Under the pieces are notes generated by a model. It saw only the letters and a list, made by a program, of their open reading frames with translations. It searched no databases and was not told the origin of the DNA. 64,000 bases of DNA from positions 704,001 through 768,000 of the forward strand of contig OY969724.1 in NCBI GenBank assembly GCA_963702205.1, written 5' to 3'. Made by a program: the position numbers and the translations under genes. Positions 30,900 to 39,362 of this stretch are shown piece after piece. Numbering within the stretch: position 1 is the first letter of the stretch; each line of letters opens with the position of its first letter. Origin of the DNA: an uncultured candidate division Zixibacteria bacterium (GTDB lineage Bacteria; Zixibacteria; MSB-5A5; GN15; PGXB01).

Positions 30900-31070
30900 T
30901 CATCTGTTCCTTTTACCAATCGCTACAAACTGTCTTATCAGTTTTTCCACTATACTTTGAATCGTCTCTCCACTTCGAACCGCCTTAACCTTCAAACTCT
31001 TATGAGTCTTGTGATCAAGTCGAATATGAACCATGGGACCTCTACTGGATGAACCATTTGATTCTCGCAT
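30900..31070 (-). CDS. Small ribbon-helix-helix DNA-binding protein, copy 3 (56 aa, below the ORF-track cutoff)
   Basis: Hand translation MRESNGSSSRGPMVHIRLDHKTHKSLKVKAVRSGETIQSIVEKLIRQFVAIGKRNR; RBS AAGGAG upstream. Confidence 0.8.
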   Translation of the reverse strand: MRESNGSSSRGPMVHIRLDHKTHKSLKVKAVRSGETIQSIVEKLIRQFVAIGKRNR

Positions 31071-31094
31071 TCGCTCGCTCCTTATAGAAATCAG

Positions 31095-31132
31095 TGGCTA
31101 TAAATATAGCCAAATCATGTTGCCACGGTCAA
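31095..31132 (-). promoter_or_regulatory. Sigma70-type promoter with palindromic operator over -10
   Basis: TGGCTATA-AA-TATAGCCA at 31095-31112; minus strand TTGACC-N18-TATATT. Flank GTCAAGGAAAATCGAC resembles GTCAAGAATAATCGAC at 16665. Confidence 0.78.
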
Positions 31133-31207
31133 GGAAAATCGACCCTTGAGTCTCTCAAGAAATCGGCTATAAGTTGTTGAATGGCATTGTATATCAATTC
31201 ACCTAGG

Positions 31208-31573
31208 TCAATTCCCAATGATTTTATTGCTGTGCAGGGTTTTTAGCCTGTCCGTAAATGTCAGTTTTACAGACTCCAGTTGAAGCTTCTTTTTTTGCTT
31301 TTCAGCATCTTCTATAGCCGCTCTTGTTTCATCATCAATTACGAGTCGCAAAAGCTTCTTTGGATATCTGAATATCTTACCATCCATATCAACGAGAACG
31401 GTTCTCTCATTCTTCCCAGGTTTCTTAACAACTGCTACCTCAATGAACTCAAGGTCTGAAACATCCGTCTCGGGGATGGTGATTGCATAACGGCTTCCTT
31501 TGGCGAACTGGGGATCTATGTCATCCCATTTATAGTCAATCGGAAGCGCTAGTTTGTTTGTTTTCTTCTTCAT
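31208..31573 (-). CDS. Hypothetical protein
   Basis: 121 aa ORF with RBS AGGAG; end of the mobilization operon. Confidence 0.6.
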   Translation of the reverse strand: MKKKTNKLALPIDYKWDDIDPQFAKGSRYAITIPETDVSDLEFIEVAVVKKPGKNERTVLVDMDGKIFRYPKKLLRLVIDDETRAAIEDAEKQKKKLQLESVKLTFTDRLKTLHSNKIIGN

Positions 31574-31591
31574 AACACCAACTCCTAATCA

Positions 31592-31828
31592 TTACTGATT
31601 TTTCAAATAATCTTCTATTTCTTTTTCAGATTTACAGATCCAATTCAAGATTGTGGATTTGAACTCGTCTTTTACGATAAACCAGTCACCCATATCCTGC
31701 TGAACCTGTTCTATGATTTCGTTTGAAATAACTGGTCGATTACGATCTGTTCCTGTTGTTTCCTTATAACCGCTATTACTAATTGCCTTGTATGCATCAG
31801 GCCGATGAATGCTTACCTTCAAAATCAA
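31592..31828 (-). CDS. Hypothetical protein
   Basis: 78 aa ORF fitting the operon spacing; start uncertain. Confidence 0.45.
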   Translation of the reverse strand: MILKVSIHRPDAYKAISNSGYKETTGTDRNRPVISNEIIEQVQQDMGDWFIVKDEFKSTILNWICKSEKEIEDYLKNQ

Positions 31829-32060
31829 AGTCCTTACCCGGTTGATACTTGAAAAAGCTCAGCACCTTATTCTTCTCAGCATAGAATTCGCCGTTAACCA
31901 AGAGTCCCGGCAGACGCTTCTTCGGATCCGGGTGATTAATAAACCGGTCAATAGTCTTGGGGGCTTTCCTAAATAGACGACAGATATCAGCACGACTCCA
32001 GAATGCCTCCTTCATCAATTCGTGCGGGGATTTTCTTGGAGGACGAGGCATGATTCTCAT
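31797..32060 (-). CDS. Small HTH (excisionase/AlpA-like) protein
   Basis: WSRADICRLFRKAPKTIDRFI...LPGLLVNGEFY resembles HTH plus wing; RBS GGAGG. Confidence 0.55.
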   Translation of the reverse strand: MRIMPRPPRKSPHELMKEAFWSRADICRLFRKAPKTIDRFINHPDPKKRLPGLLVNGEFYAEKNKVLSFFKYQPGKDFDFEGKHSSA

Positions 32061-32225
32061 TCTCCTCCAAATCTCAGATAATGCTGTGGGTTAAAGAGGC
32101 CATACAGCACTACAACAGCCTGTTTACCTGATTCACAGGGGCTGACAAGCAACTCTAACTGATTGATACAGCGAGATATAGAGCAATTGGAAAGTCCTGT
32201 ATCAACGAACCACTGCAACATGCTA

Positions 32226-32705
32226 TTAGCCCCTACTATCGCGCCGTTTGGCGCGATCCTTATAGTCATCAACTTGATCACGGTAATAATTGGATAGTCG
32301 ACCTACCATCCAAGGTGGAAATATGCTCAGCGCATTCTTTACAAAATTGAAAGCATACCTAATAACTCCCAAGAATATTACCAGTGCGATTAGTACCGGT
32401 ATGAAGGCATCAAGATTTTGAGCTATAGCACATACAATCAGAATGGGAAGCGCCAACTTCACAATAAGTAACATAAACGATGACAGTCCTCCTCCCTGAA
32501 AGAGTTTGAAAATACCGTTGATAAAGCGGCCACCATGAGCGGTTTCCGTTAAATCTCCACTTCCACAAGTGCCGCAGAAAATTGCGCTCCCCGGATTTTT
32601 GTGTCGCCCGCGTCTACAAATACGTGAGCTCCATGAACGATTACAGAACATACATAGATCGGGCCAGCCTTCATTTATTCGACGACAGTTAGGACAATAC
32701 CTCAT
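32226..32705 (-). CDS. Double zinc-ribbon membrane protein
   Basis: CPNC...CMFC...C...H...FCGTCG, then two hydrophobic helices; start overlaps the upstream stop. Confidence 0.7.
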   Translation of the reverse strand: MRYCPNCRRINEGWPDLCMFCNRSWSSRICRRGRHKNPGSAIFCGTCGSGDLTETAHGGRFINGIFKLFQGGGLSSFMLLIVKLALPILIVCAIAQNLDAFIPVLIALVIFLGVIRYAFNFVKNALSIFPPWMVGRLSNYYRDQVDDYKDRAKRRDSRG

Positions 32706-33571
32706 AAGTCACCGCCTTCGATGCTCAATGCTGCGGCGGAATGTAGCGATACTGCTTTACTGTGACCTGGGACAAGCCACAATGGTGCCAGGAGTGGATC
32801 AATACGCATTGCATCAATATTGCCAACGAAGATCTTGAGGTCGTTAGACACTGGTAGTGATTGGCAGATATTCTTGGCTCTCGATCCAGAATTGGTGACA
32901 ATAAGAAGTCGAAATGCTTGCCTGTTGAAATTGTTTTGGAATAATCCGCTTGCCTTGAATGAGCGATAGAATTCTACTTTCATATTTATGCGAGATATTG
33001 GTTCATTTCCCATATCTGCTTCAAGAAAGAAATTGTATAGAGTTTTATGTAAATGGTAGGAGCCATACGCATCCGGTTTTAGCTCTAAATCAGCACCGCT
33101 GGCTATGATATTACACTTGCCGACAAGCTCCTCATCACACTCCCACGCCAGAAGATCACAGTTTGAATATCGTCTAAAAGTGCCTTTCAAGAGACAAGCG
33201 AACTCGCTTATCATTAGTTCATGTGGCAGTGAATTGTCACTAATTCTTTTGAAACGATAGCGTCGGCGTTCGATAATGGTAGAATGCGCTTGATCCTTAC
33301 CTGCCAGGATAGCCGTTCCTTTACTACCAATCATGTAGACCGCTGGTGTCGACCCAAACTGTCGTGGAAGAAACCGCCGATCGACATGCCCGGTATCATA
33401 CAACTTACGAAGGCGCCGATTAATTTCTGACACACAATGTCGGTCCGTATACTGTTGAATCTGTAGCCTAGTCATAACACCAAGTTTATATAGAGCATCA
33501 AACAGTTCAATATCGCGCTCGGCAATCTGTACATTAGTTGGACGCTTGCGTTTATCAGGTTGTGCCCTCAT
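32702..33571 (-). CDS. Replication-relaxation (Replic_Relax) family protein
   Basis: ERDIELF...MTRLQI...RRLRKL (wHTH), HELMISE, KPDAY...FFLEADMGNE. Confidence 0.8.
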   Translation of the reverse strand: MRAQPDKRKRPTNVQIAERDIELFDALYKLGVMTRLQIQQYTDRHCVSEINRRLRKLYDTGHVDRRFLPRQFGSTPAVYMIGSKGTAILAGKDQAHSTIIERRRYRFKRISDNSLPHELMISEFACLLKGTFRRYSNCDLLAWECDEELVGKCNIIASGADLELKPDAYGSYHLHKTLYNFFLEADMGNEPISRINMKVEFYRSFKASGLFQNNFNRQAFRLLIVTNSGSRAKNICQSLPVSNDLKIFVGNIDAMRIDPLLAPLWLVPGHSKAVSLHSAAALSIEGGDL

Positions 33572-35064
33572 TAGACATCTCCTTCCACGAAATCATCCAT
33601 CACCGTCGTGGAGGCCTTAAGAGCTGATGAAAGTTTCTTTGGTTTTGCTGCTACAACGGGGCTGGTTGGAATAGTTGAAACAGTGGTAGATGCAATTGGC
33701 ATACCACCAGTAGTCAGATCTAAAGGAGCACCAACATTCTTTCTAATTCGATCTATAATTTCTTTTTCCCGATTACTCAGCCGATCTGGGACTGGAATAT
33801 TTTCAATCTGTAGGCGCTGTGGAGGGGCACCTCCAAGCATGAGTATGGCTGTTCCCATAGGTAGACTGACCAGTTCCTTTGCTAATAATTCTCGAGCCTC
33901 CCCTTGAAGTCCAGCGACGGCAATCTTGGCATCTTCTGGACTGAGTCTGAAATACAATTGAGTGTAACAGTTCGTCCGGATTGATGACAGTAAATCGCGA
34001 TCTAGCGAGGCAAATGTCTGTGAAACTAAGGTAACACCACACCCATATTTGCGCGTCTCATTAAGGAAGGTTGTGGCCGGTAGGACGGCTGCAAAGCTTG
34101 GAAATTCATCAATATTAATGAAGAACGGATGACGCTTTTCCTCGGGTATATCCTCACGGGAAAAGACTGCTTGTAAGAGGTCAATAAGTATCATTGCCGC
34201 CAAGAGACCAGCAGAATCAAAGAACTGCGCCTTGCTAATCTCAATCAACACAGTTTTCTTTTGATCAATTATATTTCGGAAATTGATATCGGGCGAAGAT
34301 GCACTCAGCATCGCAGCGATCCTTGGATCTGACAGAAAGATTGTCACTTTGTTTAGAAACGCCTCCATTACCTGGCTTTGTCTCCTTGACGACCACGACA
34401 GAAACCTAGTGAGGAAATACTCTCGTGCTGGAATGTTCAACAGGTTCATCGCATGGGCTCGTAGAGCCATTTTATCTGAGACCAAACCGGTTATGGATGC
34501 CAGTGGTAAATTCTTTTCCGCCATAAGTATCAAAAGATTCTGGGTAAATTCGTGAGTTTGGGGGCCAAGTGTATTACTCCAAACCGACCTTAATAATCGC
34601 ATCATAGCGGCGATTTTTACCGGGGCTAATTCTGGAGATGGGCAGTGTAACGGATTCACGGTTACAGACCATGAACTGTAACCGGGAGATACCACCCAGA
34701 TATCATTCACTATATCTTCGCCTATTTCACCAGATACGACACCTCTCGCGATGACTCGAAGGAGTTTGTCAACTGCGTCATGCAATTCTAGTTTCATAAT
34801 AGGCTGGCGGTTCTTAATGTCGTGAATCTCCACACCTCGTTGTTGGACTGTCTTGCCGGCTCCTGAAGCCCCGAACGATGCGCCGTGTGAAAGACGCTGG
34901 CGTGGTGTTAGCAGCACAGGCGTAGATCCTTTTCTACCAAATGCAGCACTTGCACTGCCAAGCTTCAAGCTTGTGTTGCTCGACACCAGCGAGTCTTTGC
35001 TATTCCAGTGGCCGTCCAAGATCGGCTCAATAAGCTTAATTATGTTTCTCTCAATTAGGCCCAT
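33571..35064 (-). CDS. VirD4/TraD-like coupling-protein ATPase (no N-terminal TM evident)
   Basis: H...GASGAGKT Walker A, NPL, FFINIDEFPSF Walker B, ETRKYG..TLVSQ, PEDA, LVSLPMG. Confidence 0.8.
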   Translation of the reverse strand: MGLIERNIIKLIEPILDGHWNSKDSLVSSNTSLKLGSASAAFGRKGSTPVLLTPRQRLSHGASFGASGAGKTVQQRGVEIHDIKNRQPIMKLELHDAVDKLLRVIARGVVSGEIGEDIVNDIWVVSPGYSSWSVTVNPLHCPSPELAPVKIAAMMRLLRSVWSNTLGPQTHEFTQNLLILMAEKNLPLASITGLVSDKMALRAHAMNLLNIPAREYFLTRFLSWSSRRQSQVMEAFLNKVTIFLSDPRIAAMLSASSPDINFRNIIDQKKTVLIEISKAQFFDSAGLLAAMILIDLLQAVFSREDIPEEKRHPFFINIDEFPSFAAVLPATTFLNETRKYGCGVTLVSQTFASLDRDLLSSIRTNCYTQLYFRLSPEDAKIAVAGLQGEARELLAKELVSLPMGTAILMLGGAPPQRLQIENIPVPDRLSNREKEIIDRIRKNVGAPLDLTTGGMPIASTTVSTIPTSPVVAAKPKKLSSALKASTTVMDDFVEGDV

Positions 35065-36314
35065 TACTTACACTCCTTGAGCAGGACCTCAAAGTCTCCA
35101 AGTCTCAGTCTGTCACCATCTTTGATAACTACAGGAGAATGTTGCGGAAGCTGAACCCAGGTACTACCATCCCAGATCGAAGTTCCATTACTACCCCTGG
35201 ATTCGATATATGTGAGCGGTCCCCTTCTCCGAAAAATGGCATGCCGGGCGCTGACTGTTAGATCCCCATTAAGTAATTCACGACCAACAGCAACCGCAGC
35301 TCGATTCAGAATCACCTTTTTACCAGCTCGTGTTTGAAGAAGTAGAGTAGGAAGATCCTTAAGGCAGTATGGACAAATGTAAGAGGTCGGATCAAAAACG
35401 AATGGCCCATTACAATCGGGACATGTATGAACGCTGTTAAGAGCTGTTTGAAGGTTAGAAATCCACTCTGTACCAGTAGGTCTTGAAAACTTGTCAAGTC
35501 CCATTGATCTTCTGAACAGACAACTCAGTTCAGGACCAAGAATAGCAGCCGGATATCCACCGAGATTATCCAATAAAATGCCACCGTTCTTAGGGTCGTG
35601 AATCCACCTACCATCACGCATGGCATGATTAAAAGATTGCTCGTCTCCATCCGCTCCTGTTGCAGGATGTTTGAGGAGAATCATTTCATGAATGAGAACA
35701 CCAAGTTCAAAGAGATCAGTGTATATATCAGGGAGAGCAGGTTGTTTTTGTGCGATAGCAGCTCTTTGTTCGGGTGACAAGTATAGGCTTTGCCCTACCA
35801 TATCGGGCAAAGGTTGACCAGGTGCACTGAAATTGTCTAAATCAATTAGGTGTGGTTTAACGACATCATTATCAATCGATTCTACAATAATATTCTCCGG
35901 GTGTAGATCACCATGGGCTATTTGCTTCTCGTGTAGAGCTGCAATTGCTCGTGCGACTGCGAGAGACAATTGCAGAGCTTGGATAAGATTAATGTCGCCC
36001 TGCTCAAGTATACTTTCCAATAACCGCCCCGGCACAAAGGGTGTATAGTGTCCTAAGAATCCATCGGAGTCAATCATGTGTGTTGGAGAACAAACAACTG
36101 AACAGGATTCGTACAATCTCAGATTCACAAGATAGCGAATGCGGGATCTAGTTGATTCGGAGTGAAACTGATTCTTGAAGAGTTTCACCATACCGATAGT
36201 TTTGTCATCTAGAAGCATGGCTTCAAAAATGTCCCCTTGCCCCCCGGATGCACGAGCGTTCGTAGTAAGAACTATATCACCAGTAGTGGTCACAAATCGC
36301 TTAGAAGGGGTCAT
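35064..36314 (-). CDS. TerY-P-type Ser/Thr kinase + zinc ribbon + FHA domain
   Basis: GGQGDIF, VKLF, HGDLHPENII, LIDLDN, SPE; CPDC...CPYC; FHA VGR...VSARHA...SNGT. Confidence 0.85.
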   Translation of the reverse strand: MTPSKRFVTTTGDIVLTTNARASGGQGDIFEAMLLDDKTIGMVKLFKNQFHSESTRSRIRYLVNLRLYESCSVVCSPTHMIDSDGFLGHYTPFVPGRLLESILEQGDINLIQALQLSLAVARAIAALHEKQIAHGDLHPENIIVESIDNDVVKPHLIDLDNFSAPGQPLPDMVGQSLYLSPEQRAAIAQKQPALPDIYTDLFELGVLIHEMILLKHPATGADGDEQSFNHAMRDGRWIHDPKNGGILLDNLGGYPAAILGPELSCLFRRSMGLDKFSRPTGTEWISNLQTALNSVHTCPDCNGPFVFDPTSYICPYCLKDLPTLLLQTRAGKKVILNRAAVAVGRELLNGDLTVSARHAIFRRRGPLTYIESRGSNGTSIWDGSTWVQLPQHSPVVIKDGDRLRLGDFEVLLKECK

Positions 36315-37759
36315 AGCGACACCTCAGTTTCCGGTTCTCCCTTTTCAGTCAATTCCTCCTTGCTCGGAGTTGATTCATGTTCATCGTGATTATCATTCGC
36401 GCCACCGGTCCAGAAGTCAGGGCCAAGAATAGGCTGTTGACCTGTACCAAGGAGAGCAAGGGTGAGATTATCATCACAGATGTAGCCGTCATCATCTATA
36501 GCACTCGCGAGCTCACCTACTATTTGTTTAGCGACAGCTGGTAAGTTGCCATTCTTGTTGATGGCACAGCGCATAATATCAAGTGAGAATTCCGTGGGTT
36601 CGATGCGATCGGCAACGCCGTCTGTTGAGACAATAAGCAGATCTCCGGGCGTCCTATCTATTTGTCCAGTTACATAATCGCCTTGGCGCTGGGGGCCTAA
36701 TGAGGCTGATAATACGTTCTGTAGCTGGCCAAACTTTTGAGGAATCATAATGGATTCCACTTGGCCATTAGTTCTTAGAATATCCAGTGCACCATCGCCT
36801 ATGTATCCATAGTAGATATCTTTTTCATTAGCGATGACTACGATAACGGTTGTGCGGAGTCCTCCATTAATATCATCGATTCCCAGTTTATCCCCATAAG
36901 TACTGAGCACATGCTGTGCTTGATTCAAAATGAGTCCGAGGACCTTCTTAAGATTGATAGATTTGAGAAGTGGCTCCTTACTCAGTTCCACAACAGCCGT
37001 CTTAGACCCCTCTAATACGGCTAGATACGAAGCCAAACGACCATAGGAAAGACCCCCCAAACCATCGGCAGTCATAAGAAAATCATACTCAGCTATTCGA
37101 AAGCATATGACATAGTCCTGATTCTCGGCTCTTACGTTACCTTTTTCCGTGGCAAAACCCTGACTCCAGGACCATTCGGGCTTATAGGGAATCTTATTTA
37201 CATCTGGAGAGGCTTTAGCAAAGTTGGCTAAGTTCTGTAATAAAGACTCCGGATCCGGGATGCCGGCCGACTGAGGGCGGTGTATATAACTTCTACAAGG
37301 TGGCTGTAACCGAGTCTCTGAAGGTTGAATGGGACGGTGATCCGGTATAATTGGCATCAATGATATGGCTATCTTCCTGATTGCCTTGATCAGATACTTT
37401 AAAGACCACCAACCCAGAAATGTAGCAGCTCCGAATATTAAAAGTACCATGACAATTAAGAATGATTCGTCTGTATAGAGTTGGGCGTTGGGATTACCAA
37501 AGGATGGCTCGATTGTGGCTGTATTGGTAATAGGGACTGCGGAGGAATTGAGTTCACCCGAACGGACAGCGTTGGCAACCAATATTAAGAGTAAAAGCGA
37601 TAAGAGTGTTATTAGTAACCACTTGTATCGGAATTTACTGCTGTTTGGCGAATTTTCTAACTTGGGCTCTTCAGACGGAATGACGGCGGAGTTGCCGTCA
37701 TTCCATGCACCAATTGAGCGGAGGTACTCTAATTGCCTTTTACTCGGTGTTAGTCTCAT
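36311..37759 (-). CDS. PP2C-family phosphatase with N-terminal 2-TM region
   Basis: GNVRAENQD, ADGLGG, TT, IGDG, STDGV, DDNLT. Confidence 0.85.
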   Translation of the reverse strand: MRLTPSKRQLEYLRSIGAWNDGNSAVIPSEEPKLENSPNSSKFRYKWLLITLLSLLLLILVANAVRSGELNSSAVPITNTATIEPSFGNPNAQLYTDESFLIVMVLLIFGAATFLGWWSLKYLIKAIRKIAISLMPIIPDHRPIQPSETRLQPPCRSYIHRPQSAGIPDPESLLQNLANFAKASPDVNKIPYKPEWSWSQGFATEKGNVRAENQDYVICFRIAEYDFLMTADGLGGLSYGRLASYLAVLEGSKTAVVELSKEPLLKSINLKKVLGLILNQAQHVLSTYGDKLGIDDINGGLRTTVIVVIANEKDIYYGYIGDGALDILRTNGQVESIMIPQKFGQLQNVLSASLGPQRQGDYVTGQIDRTPGDLLIVSTDGVADRIEPTEFSLDIMRCAINKNGNLPAVAKQIVGELASAIDDDGYICDDNLTLALLGTGQQPILGPDFWTGGANDNHDEHESTPSKEELTEKGEPETEVSL

Positions 37760-38457
37760 TGACGCACCCCCTTCTGCTCTATATGGGCAAGTGCATTTGT
37801 GGAGTTCGTGCCCGCTGCTAGACTATCAGACATAGTCTGACCTACTGAGGCAAAAAACTGCCTAAGATCAGCGCCATCATTGCATCTATAGAAATGTTGT
37901 GGGGATGTTGCTAACTCACGTAACAGTTTTTCATTAGCATCAGAACCATAAGCGACTGTGACGATGTCCGCATGTTTACGAAGTTCAGACGCGATTGCTC
38001 CAGGTTCTGGACCCTTATTATGGTCACCATCGCTGAAGAGCACTACTACAGGACGAAGCCAGCGGATATTAGACTGCTGGTCATTCTTCTCTTTCAAACA
38101 CAGTTGTTTGGCTAGCTCTAATCCAGCTGTAATATTAGTCGATTCTTTTGAATTCGATGTGACTATAGGTTCGAGGGTTTTAACCAGATCCACGGCAGGA
38201 ACACTGTCATGAACAATTTGCGCTTTACCATAAAACTCTATAATAGAGACACTAAAACCTTCCTTATTGACTGGTTTTGCGAGCTCACAAACAAGCTGGG
38301 AACACGCTTCAGAAGCCTCTTTTGCTTTTTGACCTTCCATTGAAGGAGAAGCGTCGAGTAGCCCAATAGCCTCTTGATGACATAACTGGGATATCCAGTA
38401 TGGTCGAGTAAGTTTGCTTTTCACGAAACGTTCGCTGGTTTTTGCTTTAATGTTCAT
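37756..38457 (-). CDS. TerY-like vWA domain protein
   Basis: MIDAS LLDASPSM, TNITAGL, RPVVVLFSDG. Confidence 0.85.
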   Translation of the reverse strand: MNIKAKTSERFVKSKLTRPYWISQLCHQEAIGLLDASPSMEGQKAKEASEACSQLVCELAKPVNKEGFSVSIIEFYGKAQIVHDSVPAVDLVKTLEPIVTSNSKESTNITAGLELAKQLCLKEKNDQQSNIRWLRPVVVLFSDGDHNKGPEPGAIASELRKHADIVTVAYGSDANEKLLRELATSPQHFYRCNDGADLRQFFASVGQTMSDSLAAGTNSTNALAHIEQKGVRQ

Positions 38458-38466
38458 AATATCCCC

Positions 38467-39216
38467 CTATTGCGACACCGGTTTCAGTGGCGTGGTGGCA
38501 CCCGAACCAACCGTGGATACTATTGAGGAGGCAAGTTGGCTGGCAATTTTGTGAAGTTCTTGTGGATCTGGATGATTGGTAATTTCAAACATTAATCCAT
38601 CAGCAGCATCAACCAGCTCCTTCAAAGAAGGGCTAGGCTGGCATACAAGATAGAGAAGAACTCCTTGATCCTTGATCTTCTTGCCAATCTCTGTAGGTGA
38701 GGATCCCGTTGTTGCGGGCTTGCTATCAGCAGTCAAAAAGGCGACTATAGCACCTCTTGATTTTGATGGATCAAGTGTCCACGGCGTAGTATCGAAAAGG
38801 TGTTCAATAGCATCTAGATGATGCTCAGCTGGATCTCCTCCACCTTCATAAGATACTTTTCTGATTGCATCGAGCGCTTCGTCGACAGTGGCTTCATCAA
38901 TTTCAAGCATAGGCATCTGACCTTCGTCCTGATCACCGTGAGTCTGGACGCGACACTTGATGCTACGCGTCTTGGTCTCAAGATGCCGTAAAATCATCTC
39001 AGCTGTTGCTGGGATTCCTTCCGCAAATTCCTTGGACGAAGCAGTACGGTCGATGGTAAACGTCTGCTCAATCTCAACTTGAATCTTGGGTCTGGTAGCT
39101 GGATTAATGGTGACGGTGGTTTTTTGAGCTGGATCTTCGAACTTCCAGCCACAAATGCTACAGGCGTTAGCCTTCTTTTTGACTGGTGCCTGACATGATG
39201 GGCATGACTTAGTCAT
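38467..39216 (-). CDS. Zinc ribbon + vWA domain protein
   Basis: CPSC...CSICG; degenerate MIDAS IDRTASS; GGGDPAE and TPW typical of one vWA subtype. Confidence 0.75.
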   Translation of the reverse strand: MTKSCPSCQAPVKKKANACSICGWKFEDPAQKTTVTINPATRPKIQVEIEQTFTIDRTASSKEFAEGIPATAEMILRHLETKTRSIKCRVQTHGDQDEGQMPMLEIDEATVDEALDAIRKVSYEGGGDPAEHHLDAIEHLFDTTPWTLDPSKSRGAIVAFLTADSKPATTGSSPTEIGKKIKDQGVLLYLVCQPSPSLKELVDAADGLMFEITNHPDPQELHKIASQLASSIVSTVGSGATTPLKPVSQ

Positions 39217-39362
39217 TTCTGACCTCCATTAAGAGTGTTAGTTCAAATCAAGCTCCCGGAAGTTCAAAAAGAGCTTCCAATTGGAGCACGTGTCTACACT
39301 CTCAAGAAAGCAGAAAAAACTATCTTGTCATTTTCATAAACCTGTAAAGATTGTAAAGACGA

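Noticed and set aside
32057..32281. 74-aa ORF between the Zn-ribbon and HTH genes
   Set aside because: May be a real small gene starting at 32221, but there is no recognisable motif or clear RBS.
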